DNA from: Clostridia bacterium
Lineage (GTDB): Bacteria > Bacillota > Clostridia > Christensenellales > Aristaeellaceae
Reading direction: 5' to 3'
DNA: 64,000 nucleotides
Assembly: GCA_017470095.1 (NCBI GenBank)
Contig: JAFUFC010000179.1
Coordinates: 3,333 to 67,332 of the forward strand
The notes under the pieces are model-generated. The model was not told where the DNA came from and ran no database searches. It saw only the letters and a program-made list of their open reading frames with translations. Position 1 is the first letter of the stretch; every line of letters begins with the position of its first letter. Shown here in pieces: positions 35,454 through 44,769 of this stretch. A program made the position numbers and the translations under genes.

Positions 35454-35954
35454 ATGGATGCAGTATTCGCGTTCATCGTCACCAATCTGCCGTTGATCCT
35501 GTGCCTGATCACCGGCGTGGCGCTGCTGGTGGTGGAGGTTTTCATGCCCGGATTCGGGCTGCCGGGCATTTCCGGATTGATCCTGGTCACCCTGGGCATC
35601 ATCATCACTTGGAATACCTATGGGGCCGTGGCCGGCCTGGCCGTCACCATCATTTCTCTGGCCCTGGCAGGGCTTTCGATCTCCATCTCCATTAAATCCG
35701 CCGCCAGCGGCAGGCTGTCTCGTTCGGCGCTATTCCTCAACGAAGAACCCCCTGCCATGGAGCATGAGGAAACAGAAGCGCTGCTGGGCAAGGAAGGCGT
35801 CACCACCACGGTGCTCAATCCCGTGGGCATTGCCGAGTTTGACGGCGTACGATTGAACGTCCTGTCTGAAGGCACGTACCTGGAAAAAGGCACACGGGTT
35901 AAGGTGACCCAAGTAGAAGGCGCCAAAATCACCGTGCGGGAAATCAAGGGCTAA
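35454..35954 (+). CDS. NfeD-family membrane protein
   Basis: Three or four TM segments followed by the C-terminal OB-fold-like GKEGVTTTVLNPVGIAEFDGVRLNVLSEGTYLEKGTRVKV. It sits next to floA, as in the B. subtilis nfeD-floA pair. Confidence 0.8.
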   Translation: MDAVFAFIVTNLPLILCLITGVALLVVEVFMPGFGLPGISGLILVTLGIIITWNTYGAVAGLAVTIISLALAGLSISISIKSAASGRLSRSALFLNEEPPAMEHEETEALLGKEGVTTTVLNPVGIAEFDGVRLNVLSEGTYLEKGTRVKVTQVEGAKITVREIKG

Positions 35955-35984
35955 AGCCCCTAACAATAAAAGGAGGATATTTCT

Positions 35985-36992
35985 ATGGAAGGTACCATCA
36001 TGCTCGCTTTCATTCTCATTGTGGTCGCCATCGTTTTGGTGTCCGTTTTCTTCCGGTATGTGCCCCTGGGGCTGTGGATCAACGCCCGGGCTTCCGGTGC
36101 GCCGGTGAAAATCAGTTCCCTGATCGGCATGCGCTTCCGCCGCATCTCTCCTCAAAAAATCGTGAACGCCTACATCAAGGCCCGGAAGGCCGGATTGCAG
36201 GTGACCACCGATATGCTGGAAACCCACTTCCTGGCCGGCGGTAACGTGGAGCGGGTGATCAACGCCCTCATTTCTGCCAAACAGGCCAGCATCAACCTGT
36301 CCTTTACCACCGCCTGCGCCATCGACCTGGCTGGCCGTGATGTGCTCCAGGCCGTGCAGATGAGCGTGCTGCCTAAAGTCATCGAAACACCCCCTGTGGC
36401 TGCCATCGCCCAGGATGGTATCGAGCTGCGGGCCAAAGCCCGGGTCACTGTGCGCACCAACATTGAACGGTTGGTTGGCGGCGCTGGGGAAGAAACCATC
36501 ATCGCCCGCGTCGGCGAAGGCATTGTTACCACCATCGGTTCTTCCACCACCCACAAAGCCGTGCTGGAAAACCCCGATTCCATCTCCCAGACCGTGCTGG
36601 AAAAGGGCCTGGATAAGGGCACGGCGTACGAAATTCTTTCCATTGATATTGCCGATATCGACGTGGGCCGCAACATCGGCGCCCAATTGCAGATGGATCA
36701 GGCCGAGGCCGACCGCCGCATCGCCCAGGCCAAGGCCGAAGAACGCCGGGCCATGGCTGTTGCCCATGAGCAGGAAATGAAGGCGGCTGTGCAGGAAATG
36801 CGTGCCAAAGTGGTGGAAGCCGAAGCGCAGGTGCCCCTGGCCATGGCCAAGGCTTTGCAGGAAGGCAAATTGGGCGTGATGGATTATTACCAGATGCAGA
36901 ACACCATCGCAGACACCGAAATGCGCACGGGCATCGCCAAAGCCGCCGCGCCGGGCAGCGATATTGCCAAGCCTATTGAAGGGAAAAAATAA
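35985..36992 (+). CDS. floA: Flotillin-like protein FloA
   Basis: [30 protein letters not shown]...[13 protein letters not shown] is typical of the FloA/YqfA family. Confidence 0.9.
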   Translation: MEGTIMLAFILIVVAIVLVSVFFRYVPLGLWINARASGAPVKISSLIGMRFRRISPQKIVNAYIKARKAGLQVTTDMLETHFLAGGNVERVINALISAKQASINLSFTTACAIDLAGRDVLQAVQMSVLPKVIETPPVAAIAQDGIELRAKARVTVRTNIERLVGGAGEETIIARVGEGIVTTIGSSTTHKAVLENPDSISQTVLEKGLDKGTAYEILSIDIADIDVGRNIGAQLQMDQAEADRRIAQAKAEERRAMAVAHEQEMKAAVQEMRAKVVEAEAQVPLAMAKALQEGKLGVMDYYQMQNTIADTEMRTGIAKAAAPGSDIAKPIEGKK

Positions 36993-37065
36993 CCACCGCC
37001 TTTCCCCCGGGAAGCGGATGAAAACCCTTCTCCGCTTCCCCTTCTGAAAGGAAAGGAGACGAACC

Positions 37066-37509
37066 ATGGAAGCATTATTTCCCATTTTGATCATGTGGCT
37101 GATCGTGGGCCTGATCGGGAAAATAAAGAAAGCCCCTGCCCAACCCCCTTCCAGGCAGGCCCGGCCCCAGGCAGGCCCAGCCCCAAAGCCGGCGCAAATC
37201 GTGAAGCCCGCCGCGCCTGCTGCTCCCCAGGTGCATCAGAGGATGATGGACCCGGAACCCATGCATCACCCGGAGCCCTTTGAAACCCACATGCACGAAC
37301 CTGTCATGGGCGAAGAAGGCACTGGAACCGAAGGCATTGATTGCTGCCACGATTTCATGCTGAGCAGCCCGGAGGAGGAAATCGCCCCTTCCCTGCCGTT
37401 TGCAGAGGATGCGGAAGATAAGCGGGCCAAGGCCCTGCTGCAGGGCGTCATTTTCAGCGAAATTCTGGGCCGTCGCCCCCAGCGGCGGTATGGAGGCAGG
37501 CACGCATGA
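37066..37509 (+). CDS. Hypothetical single-pass membrane protein, Pro-rich and His-rich
   Basis: AAAGGAG RBS. It has an N-terminal TM segment, a Pro/Ala/Gln tract, and then HQRMMDPEPMHHPEPFETHMHEPV and CCHD. The stop overlaps the start of the response regulator (ATGA). Confidence 0.55.
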   Translation: MEALFPILIMWLIVGLIGKIKKAPAQPPSRQARPQAGPAPKPAQIVKPAAPAAPQVHQRMMDPEPMHHPEPFETHMHEPVMGEEGTGTEGIDCCHDFMLSSPEEEIAPSLPFAEDAEDKRAKALLQGVIFSEILGRRPQRRYGGRHA

Positions 37510-38267
37510 CTGATAAACACCTGATTTCCGTATTAATTGCCGACGACGACCCCGGCATGCGGCTGATCCTGCGTAAAAAAATCCAGGCGACGGACGGCTT
37601 TTACGTGGCCGGGGAGGCCATCACCGGGGATGAGGCTATGGCGCTATTTGATAAACTGTCCCCCCAGGTGGTCTTCCTGGATGTGGATATGCCGGGCAAA
37701 ACGGGCATCGAATGCGCCCGGCTCATCCAGGACCAAAACCCCGCCTGCGTGCTGATCTTCGCCACCGGCCACGAAGAATACATGAGCGAAGCGTTTGAAG
37801 TGTACGCCTTCGATTACCTGGTAAAGCCCTTCAAGCTGGACCGGCTGGAGCAAACATTGCAGCGCATTGCCGACCGGCTGAACCGGGCCCCGGAAAAGGC
37901 CCTGCCTTCCCCCATTCCTACAGAGACCCGCTCCTTTGCTGGGCGCTTAATGCTCAAGCACAAGGACGGCGTCACCTTCATCAACCTGGAGGACATCCTC
38001 CTGGTGCAGCGGGAAGACCGGGCCACCGTCATTTACACCGTGAATGATGGCCGGTATGTGCTCAGCGAATCCCTCTCCGAAACAGAGGAGCGCCTGGACC
38101 TGGAAATCTTTTTCCGCTGCCACAAAAGCTACATCATCAACCTGCGCCGTATCCGCAACATTACGCCCTATGGCCGCTGGACCTACGTGGTTCAGTTGGA
38201 CGGCACCACCCATGACGCCCTCATCACCCACGAAAAATACGAAGAGCTGGAAAAACGGTTTTCGTAA
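37506..38267 (+). CDS. LytR/AlgR-family response regulator (REC + LytTR DNA-binding domain)
   Basis: The REC domain reads VLIADDDPGMRL...VVFLDVDMPGKTG...DYLVKPF. The LytTR domain reads FINLEDILLVQREDRATVIYT...FFRCHKSYIINLRRI. There is no histidine kinase gene in the window. Confidence 0.85.
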   Translation: MTDKHLISVLIADDDPGMRLILRKKIQATDGFYVAGEAITGDEAMALFDKLSPQVVFLDVDMPGKTGIECARLIQDQNPACVLIFATGHEEYMSEAFEVYAFDYLVKPFKLDRLEQTLQRIADRLNRAPEKALPSPIPTETRSFAGRLMLKHKDGVTFINLEDILLVQREDRATVIYTVNDGRYVLSESLSETEERLDLEIFFRCHKSYIINLRRIRNITPYGRWTYVVQLDGTTHDALITHEKYEELEKRFS

Positions 38268-38290
38268 GAGAGGTGTAGAATATAAAAAAG

Positions 38291-38334
38291 CTGGGGGAAC
38301 CCATTCTTTGAAGCCAAAGAATGGGTTCCCCCAG
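38291..38334 (+). terminator. Perfect 19-bp hairpin after the response-regulator gene (no U-tract)
   Basis: ctgggggaacccattcttt - gaagcc - aaagaatgggttcccccag. Confidence 0.5.
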
Positions 38335-38511
38335 ACCCCTTCCGAAGAAAGCTACACGGGGATACTTCACGCTTCGCTCCTGCCGGCAGTTTGCCCCAGT
38401 CGATCAAAGAGTGTATTCTTTGAAGCCAAAAACGGGTCCCCCAGACCCCTTCCGAAGAAAGCTGCACGGGGATACTTCACCCTTCGCTCCTGCCAGCAGT
38501 TTGCCCCAGTC
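38303..38511 (+). repeat. Two direct copies (about 97-99 nt each, 112-nt period) of an intergenic element
   Basis: Copy 1 is 38303-38401 and copy 2 is 38415-38511. I count about 6 differences including a 2-nt indel. Copy 1 overlaps the right half of the 19-bp hairpin. Copy 2 ends 15 nt before the methyltransferase start. Confidence 0.9.
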
Positions 38512-38525
38512 TATTGGAGAGAGAG

Positions 38526-39317
38526 ATGACCATGGAAAAATCCCATTTAGAAAACTACTACGATCAATATGACGAGGACAGCCGCCTACGCTCGCCCCAC
38601 GGCATGGTGGAATTTCTGACTACGGTGAAATACATTGAAAAATACCTGACCCCCGGCGCACGCATCCTGGAAATCGGCGCGGGTACAGGCCGGTACAGCC
38701 ATCATTTCGCCCAGCGGGGATACGCGGTAGACGCTGTGGAACTGGTGCGGCACAACATAGACGTATTCAACGCCAACACGCGCCCCGGGGAGCCAGTCAC
38801 CATCCGTTGGGGAAACGCATTGAATTTGTCCTTCATTCCAAGCGATGCCTACGACATCGTGCTGCTGCTGGGCCCCATGTATCACCTCTACACCATCGAT
38901 GATCAAAAGCAGGCGCTGAAAGAAGCCATTCGGGTCTGCAAGCCCGGCGGCGTGATTTACGCAGCCTATTGCGGCAATGACGCCACCATCGTGCAGTTCT
39001 GCTTTGGCCGGGGCATGATGACCAAGGAGCCCTATCGCTCCCTGATCGACCCCGTCACCTTCAAAGCCTCCTCCACCCCGGAAGAGCTGTTCACCCTGTA
39101 CCGCAAAGAGGATATCGATGCACTGATGGCTGATCTGCCGGTGGAACGGCTGCACTACGTGGGCGCCGATATGGCGGCCAACTACATCCGGGACACCATT
39201 GACCACATGGACGAAGAAATGTTTGCTCTCTTCCTGCGCTATCATTTCACCATCTGCGAACGGGCCGATATGGTGGGCGTCAGCCATCACATCCTGGATG
39301 TATTCCGAAAACAATAA
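38526..39317 (+). CDS. Class I SAM-dependent methyltransferase
   Basis: ILEIGAGTGRYS (motif I) and DIVLLLGPMYHL. The start is ATG 38526 or 38532, after GGAGAGAGAG. Confidence 0.8.
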   Translation: MTMEKSHLENYYDQYDEDSRLRSPHGMVEFLTTVKYIEKYLTPGARILEIGAGTGRYSHHFAQRGYAVDAVELVRHNIDVFNANTRPGEPVTIRWGNALNLSFIPSDAYDIVLLLGPMYHLYTIDDQKQALKEAIRVCKPGGVIYAAYCGNDATIVQFCFGRGMMTKEPYRSLIDPVTFKASSTPEELFTLYRKEDIDALMADLPVERLHYVGADMAANYIRDTIDHMDEEMFALFLRYHFTICERADMVGVSHHILDVFRKQ

Positions 39318-39346
39318 AAAGGCCACCGCTCAGTGGCCTTTTTTAT
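39316..39346. terminator. Bidirectional terminator between the methyltransferase gene and prfC
   Basis: aaaaaggccac-cgctca-gtggcctttttt, with an A-run on one side and a T-run on the other. Confidence 0.85.
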
Positions 39347-39368
39347 TGTACAAACAATCAAAAGCTGA

Positions 39369-40967
39369 TCATTTTTCCACCGTCCGGGGAGCGATTTCAG
39401 CCAGTTCCAGGCCCTTATTCTTTTCCTGGGCCAGGCGGATGCTCCAGTCGTTCTCAAAGAACAGCACAGGGTGTTCTTCCCCATCAAAGCCCCGAGCCGT
39501 GGTGGAAGTCAATTGCAGTTGATCAGCAGGCACGGGGGTATCGGTAATCCAACGGACGAAGCGATAGCCCAGCCGATCCATCACCAAATCCACGCTGTAT
39601 TCGCTCTTCAGGCGGTAGGTGAGAACGTCAAACTGCAATTCGCCCACCACACCCACGATGAATTCCTCCAGGCCCGTTTCATTGCGGCGGAAGGTCTGAA
39701 TGGCGCCTTCTTCGCTGAGCTGGTTGATGCCTTTCACGAACTGCTTGCGCTTCATGGAATCCAACGGACGCACCCGGGCGAACCGCTCCGGCGCGAACAC
39801 TGGAATTTTTTCAAACTTGATTTTCCGGCCCACGGCCAGCGTATCCCCCAGGCGATACACGCCGGGGTCGAACAAGCCGATGATATCCCCAGGATAGGCT
39901 TCCTCCACCCCTTCTCTTTCATCGGCCATGAACTGCTGGGGCTGCTTGACCTGCAATTCCTTGCCCGTGCCGGAGTGCCAAACCGTCATGCCCTTGTGGA
40001 ACACGCCGCTGACCACCCGCAAAAAGGCCAGCCGGTCCCGGTGGGCGGGGTTCATGTTGGCCTGGATTTTGAAGATGAAGCCGGAGAAATTCTCGTCCTC
40101 AGGCTCGATCAGGCCCTGGTCGCTTTCCCGGGGCAGGGGCCGCTCAGTGTAGCGCAGGAAACGGTAAAGGAAGGGCTCCACGCCAAAATTGGTCACGGCG
40201 CTGCCAAAGAACATGGGAGTCAGTTCCCCCTTGCGCACAGCGTCCAGGTCAAAGGGGTCTCCCGCCTCGTCCAGCAGTTCAATTTCGTCGTTAAGCCGCG
40301 TGCGGTAATGCTTGTCCAGCGCCGTCTCGATGGCCGGGTCGTCAATGCCGATGACGGTCTTGCCCGCCTTCGTTTTTCCGTGATCACCGCCGAAATACAA
40401 TTCTACCGTCTTTTCATCCCGATGATACACGCCCTGGAAATCGCCGTCCACGCCGATGGGCCAGTTAATGGGGCAGGCCCGCACACCCAGCACCTGCTCA
40501 ATTTCCTCCATCAGAGCAAAGGGATCCTTGGCCGCCCGGTCCATTTTGTTCACAAAGGTGAAAATGGGAATGCCCCGCATCCGGCACACCTTGAACAGCT
40601 TCACCGTCTGCTCTTCCACGCCCTTGGCGGCGTCGATGAGCATGACGGCGCTGTCCGCCGCCACCAGCACACGGTAAGTATCCTCAGAAAAGTCCTGGTG
40701 GCCGGGGGTATCCAGGATGTTGATATGATACCCGTCAAATTCAAACTGCATGGCGCTGGACGTGACCGAAATGCCGCGCTGCTTTTCGATCTCCATCCAG
40801 TCCGACGTGGCGTGGCGCTCGGCCCGCCGGGCCTTCACGCTGCCCGCCTGGCGGATGGCGCCGCCGTAAAGCAGCAATTTTTCCGTCAGGGTGGTTTTGC
40901 CAGCGTCAGGGTGGCTAATGATGGCAAAGGTGCGCCGGCAGGCCACCTCTTGTTTCAAATCAGGCAT
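39369..40967 (-). CDS. prfC: Peptide chain release factor 3
   Basis: RRTFAIISHPDAGKTTLTEKLLLYGGAI, DTPGHQDF and NKMDR are GTPase motifs, with an RF3-type C-terminus. AAGGAGG lies 8 nt upstream of ATG 40967. Confidence 0.9.
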   Translation of the reverse strand: MPDLKQEVACRRTFAIISHPDAGKTTLTEKLLLYGGAIRQAGSVKARRAERHATSDWMEIEKQRGISVTSSAMQFEFDGYHINILDTPGHQDFSEDTYRVLVAADSAVMLIDAAKGVEEQTVKLFKVCRMRGIPIFTFVNKMDRAAKDPFALMEEIEQVLGVRACPINWPIGVDGDFQGVYHRDEKTVELYFGGDHGKTKAGKTVIGIDDPAIETALDKHYRTRLNDEIELLDEAGDPFDLDAVRKGELTPMFFGSAVTNFGVEPFLYRFLRYTERPLPRESDQGLIEPEDENFSGFIFKIQANMNPAHRDRLAFLRVVSGVFHKGMTVWHSGTGKELQVKQPQQFMADEREGVEEAYPGDIIGLFDPGVYRLGDTLAVGRKIKFEKIPVFAPERFARVRPLDSMKRKQFVKGINQLSEEGAIQTFRRNETGLEEFIVGVVGELQFDVLTYRLKSEYSVDLVMDRLGYRFVRWITDTPVPADQLQLTSTTARGFDGEEHPVLFFENDWSIRLAQEKNKGLELAEIAPRTVEK

Positions 40968-41217
40968 AAACGTTTCCTCCTTAAAAATCATTGGGGATGG
41001 TTTCCAAGGAGTGGTATCAAGGCCGCATGTTCTTCCCTCCTGAACATCAAACATAAACAATTTATTATACAACAGATGTACCGGGGATTGTCAATGTTTT
41101 GGAAAAGAAAACACGATTTTTTTGAACCAGCGACGCCCTTTACGCCCCAATGTACGGAAACACACACCAGCCGTCCCGTAAAAGCGGATATCAGCCGCCC
41201 CTGCAAATTGAATGGTT

Positions 41218-41269
41218 GCTTTTCATGGGCAATTTTCAAAAATGCTTTTCATGGGCAATTTTCAAAAAT
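41218..41269 (+). repeat. Perfect tandem duplication of a 26-bp unit
   Basis: gcttttcatgggcaattttcaaaaat occurs at 41218-41243 and again, identically, at 41244-41269. Confidence 0.95.
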
Positions 41270-41272
41270 TCC

Positions 41273-41301
41273 TTGACATCCTTCAAAAAATACGGTATGA
41301 T
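41273..41301 (+). promoter_or_regulatory. Sigma-A type promoter of the ABC-transporter/recO operon
   Basis: TTGACA (41273-41278), 17-nt spacer, TATGAT (41296-41301). Confidence 0.7.
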
Positions 41302-41346
41302 TCATTTCCTTGTGTTTTCGTTTCCCTTTGAACAGGCGGAGGATAT

Positions 41347-42312
41347 ATGAGCTACATTACCGTTACTGATTTACAAAAGACCTTTACCGTGCGCAAAAAA
41401 CGGGAAAAGGGCCATCTGACCCGGGAAAAGACCTTGGTGCAGGCGCTGAAAGGCGTCTCCTTTTCTGTGGAAAGGGGCGAACTGGTGGGTTATATCGGGC
41501 CCAATGGCGCGGGCAAATCCACCACAGTAAAAATCCTCTCGGGCATTCTCACGCCAGACGGCGGCCAAGCAGAGGTGGGCGGCCGCATTCCCTGGCAGCA
41601 GCGAAAGGAACACGTGCGCCACATCGGCGTGGTGTTCGGCCAGCGGAGTCAATTATGGTGGGATGTGCCCATCGCCGACAGCTATGCTTTGCTCAAAGAC
41701 ATCTACCAGGTGCCGCCCCAGCAGCACCAAAAACGGCTGAACGAGCTGACCGAGGCGCTGGATTTGGGTTCCCTTTTGCGCACGCCCCTGCGGCTGCTCA
41801 GCCTGGGCCAGCGGATGCGGGCGGAGCTGTGCGGCTCGCTTTTGCATAGCCCGGAATTGCTATTCCTGGACGAGCCCACCATCGGCCTGGACGCGGTGAG
41901 CAAATTGGCCCTGCGGGATTTCCTCCAATTCGAAAACCGGCAACACGGCACCACCATCCTCCTCACCACCCACGACATGGAGGATATCGCCGCCCTGTGC
42001 AGCCGGGTGATGGTGTTGGGCCACGGGAGCAAGCTATTTGATGGTTCCCTTGCTGATCTGTTGTCCCGGTATGATACCCAGCGGATCATTTCCCTGCGCT
42101 ACGATGGGGATTGCGCCCTGCCTCCCCTGCCTGCCGGCTGCGAAAGCATCCGGGAAGGGGACGGATATCGAATCACCTATGCCCCACAAACCGTGCCCAC
42201 GGCCCAAATGCTTTCCCTTTTGCAAAGCGCCGGGCCCATCCGGGAATTGACTGCCCAGCCCCAAAACATTGATCACCTGATCGCCGATATGTACCGGGAG
42301 ATGGATTTATGA
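41347..42312 (+). CDS. ABC transporter ATP-binding protein (uncharacterized ABC-2-type system, COG4586-like)
   Basis: Walker A is GPNGAGKST, the signature is LSLGQRMR and Walker B is LFLDEPTIGLD. The C-terminal extension is typical of this subfamily. Confidence 0.85.
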   Translation: MSYITVTDLQKTFTVRKKREKGHLTREKTLVQALKGVSFSVERGELVGYIGPNGAGKSTTVKILSGILTPDGGQAEVGGRIPWQQRKEHVRHIGVVFGQRSQLWWDVPIADSYALLKDIYQVPPQQHQKRLNELTEALDLGSLLRTPLRLLSLGQRMRAELCGSLLHSPELLFLDEPTIGLDAVSKLALRDFLQFENRQHGTTILLTTHDMEDIAALCSRVMVLGHGSKLFDGSLADLLSRYDTQRIISLRYDGDCALPPLPAGCESIREGDGYRITYAPQTVPTAQMLSLLQSAGPIRELTAQPQNIDHLIADMYREMDL

Positions 42313-43109
42313 GCCGCGTAAAAGCTTACCTGTCCGCTTTCCGGATGCGGTGGAAAATGGAGCTGCAATATAGAGGCGCGGTGATCGGCGGCGTATTGTG
42401 CCAAATGTTTTTTGGCTTGATCCTGGTAGCGCTGTATCGGGCGCTGTACGCAGGCAAGCCGCAAGCCCGGCCCATCGAAGATGTGGTCACGTATGTATGG
42501 CTCCAGCAAGCTTTTTTCCGGATGCTGCTTTCCTCGGACGGCGATCTGATGGACAAAATCCGCACCGGCTCCATCGCCTATGACCTGTGCCGCCCGCTGA
42601 GCCTGTACGGCTATTATTACGCCCGCATCATGGCGCAAAAGCTGCTGGGCAGCCTGCTGCGTGCCGCGCCCATGCTGCTGTTTGCCGCCCTGCTGCCAAG
42701 GGGCTGGGGCATGGCCCTGCCATCTTCCTTTCCGGCACTGTTGGTGGCAGCGCTGGCCGTTGGGCTTGGCCTTTTGTGCGTGTGCGCCATTGAAAATATC
42801 ACCATGGCCTTCACCATGCGCACCCTGGATTCCCGGGGCATGCAGGCTATGCTGAACCTGCTGATGATGACCCTGTCCGGCAATATCCTGCCCCTGACGC
42901 TGTTCCCCGACGCCTGGCAGAGAGTGATCACCCTGCTCCCCTACGCGCAACTTCTGGACGCGCCCATCCGTCTTTACACCGGGGAATGGGCCCTGTGGCA
43001 AGCGCCCCGGGTGCTGCTCACACAAGGGGCGTGGACGATCATTTTGCTGGCCCTGGGCCTGATGCTCTGGCGGAAAAACCAAAAACGGCTCGTTTTGCAG
43101 GGAGGATAA
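42309..43109 (+). CDS. ABC-2 family permease (uncharacterized system)
   Basis: Six predicted TM segments. ATGA overlap with the ATPase gene. Confidence 0.75.
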   Translation: MSRVKAYLSAFRMRWKMELQYRGAVIGGVLCQMFFGLILVALYRALYAGKPQARPIEDVVTYVWLQQAFFRMLLSSDGDLMDKIRTGSIAYDLCRPLSLYGYYYARIMAQKLLGSLLRAAPMLLFAALLPRGWGMALPSSFPALLVAALAVGLGLLCVCAIENITMAFTMRTLDSRGMQAMLNLLMMTLSGNILPLTLFPDAWQRVITLLPYAQLLDAPIRLYTGEWALWQAPRVLLTQGAWTIILLALGLMLWRKNQKRLVLQGG

Positions 43110-43112
43110 AGC

Positions 43113-43913
43113 ATGGGCACCGTCAAATTATATCTTAAATCCATGGCCATGCTGCTTAAAAGCCAGCTGGAATACCCGGCCTCTTTCCTGATGCAGACGT
43201 TGGCCCAGCTGATCATGGAGGGCGGCGAATTCATGGCCGTCATCCTGATCGTGGACCGGTTCGACCACCTAAACCAATGGACTCCCGGCGACTTGTTCTT
43301 CTTTTTTGGGGTCATGTCCGTCACTTTTTACCTGACGGAATGTTTTGGCCGGGGCGTTACCGGCGCGTTTCCTTCGATGGTGCGAATGGGGCAGTTGGAT
43401 ACGCTGCTGCTTCGGCCCCGGGGCGTGCTGACCCAGGTGCTATGCAGCGCCATTGACCCCCGACGCATCACCTGCATCGCCGTGGGCGCGGCGGCGCTGG
43501 TTATGGGCAGCCGGATGAGCGGCATCCAATGGACGTTCTTAAAAGGCATTGCCCTGGCCGAATCCATCCTGCTGGGCGGAATGATGATCCTGGGCCTGTT
43601 CCTGATCGAATGCGTTTTCTGCGTATACAGCGTGAAATCGGTGGAAATGGTCAATGCCCTCACCTACGGGGGCCGCAGCGCTTGCCAGTATCCCATCGAT
43701 GTGTATCCCCGGCCCCTGCGCCTGCTATTCACCGTGGTGGCTCCTTTTGCTTTGACCCAGCATGTACCCGCGGCATACATCCTGGGCAAGCCCTTGTACC
43801 ATTGGCCCGCTTGGACGGCTTTCGTCTGTCCCCTGGCCGGAGGAATGGTCTTTGCCATCATGTATTGCCTGTTCCGCCGTGCCTTGCGCTTTTATCGTTC
43901 CACAGGGAGTTGA
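43113..43913 (+). CDS. ABC-2 family permease, second subunit
   Basis: Multi-TM protein, distantly paralogous to the preceding gene, separated from it by a 3-nt gap. Confidence 0.75.
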   Translation: MGTVKLYLKSMAMLLKSQLEYPASFLMQTLAQLIMEGGEFMAVILIVDRFDHLNQWTPGDLFFFFGVMSVTFYLTECFGRGVTGAFPSMVRMGQLDTLLLRPRGVLTQVLCSAIDPRRITCIAVGAAALVMGSRMSGIQWTFLKGIALAESILLGGMMILGLFLIECVFCVYSVKSVEMVNALTYGGRSACQYPIDVYPRPLRLLFTVVAPFALTQHVPAAYILGKPLYHWPAWTAFVCPLAGGMVFAIMYCLFRRALRFYRSTGS

Positions 43914-43917
43914 TCGC

Positions 43918-44646
43918 ATGCCGTCCTTCATCACCCAAGGCATCGTCCTGCGCCACGCCGATTACCGGGAGCATGACCGGATGCTGACCCTTTTGTCCCC
44001 CACGATGGGACGCGTCGAAGCCCTGTGCCGGGGCTGCAAGCGTCCCCAAAGCCCCCTGCTGTCCGCCAGTGAATGGTTCGCTCTGGGCGAATATGTGCTC
44101 TTTGCCGGGAAGGGCCGTATGACGGTGAGCAGCTGCCATGTGACGGAAACGTTTTATCCCCTGCGCACGGATTACGACCGGCTGAAATACGCCACGTATC
44201 TGCTCTCCATTACCGAAGCCGCCGCCCAGCCAGGCGAAAAGGCCGTGGAGCTGTTCACTTTGCTGGCCCGCTCTCTATCCCGTCTTGCCTATACGGGCAA
44301 AGACCCCCAGGCCGTCTCCGCCGCTTTCCTTCTGCATTTTTCCAACATCAGCGGCTACCGGCCCCGGCTCTCCCACTGCGTCCGCTGCGGGAAAGCCATT
44401 CCCGATGAGCAGATTCGCCTGATGGATATTGAAAACGGCGGCCTGCTGTGCTCCTCCTGCTCTGAAGGCATTTCCGCTGCCCAGCCCGTCACCCTGCCGC
44501 AGGTCCAATGGATGCGGGATGTGCTGCAAAACGGCATTGATAAAACCACCCTGCCGGAAAGCAACGCCCCCGGCGCCCTGCTTGCCGATTACGTGGAAAC
44601 GCGCATAGAAAAGAAAATCCGGCATCAGGGGCTATGGAAAACATAA
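43918..44646 (+). CDS. recO: DNA repair protein RecO
   Basis: MPSFITQGIVLRHADYREHDRMLTLLSPTMGRVEALCRG... plus a CxxC...CxxC zinc motif (CVRCGK...CSSC). It starts 4 nt after the permease stop. Confidence 0.85.
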   Translation: MPSFITQGIVLRHADYREHDRMLTLLSPTMGRVEALCRGCKRPQSPLLSASEWFALGEYVLFAGKGRMTVSSCHVTETFYPLRTDYDRLKYATYLLSITEAAAQPGEKAVELFTLLARSLSRLAYTGKDPQAVSAAFLLHFSNISGYRPRLSHCVRCGKAIPDEQIRLMDIENGGLLCSSCSEGISAAQPVTLPQVQWMRDVLQNGIDKTTLPESNAPGALLADYVETRIEKKIRHQGLWKT

Positions 44647-44656
44647 ATTATATGGG

Positions 44657-44692
44657 AAAAACGGCTCTTTGGAAACCAAAGAGCCGTTTCTC
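44657..44692. terminator. Hairpin between convergent recO and the DUF3343-like gene
   Basis: An 11-bp stem aacggctcttt/aaagagccgtt. Confidence 0.7.
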
Positions 44693-44769
44693 CTATACTT
44701 CCTACCGGGAAACCACTATTTTTTTAACAATCGGAGCCGCTCACACTCCGGTTGTTTTTCTGTATCCCA

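Noticed and set aside
38044-38572. Small ORFs (38044..38529 +, 38321..38572 +, 38192..38467 -) crossing the duplicated intergenic element.
   Set aside because: Their repetitive peptide content only reflects the DNA duplication. They have no RBS, and the first overlaps the end of the response-regulator gene out of frame.
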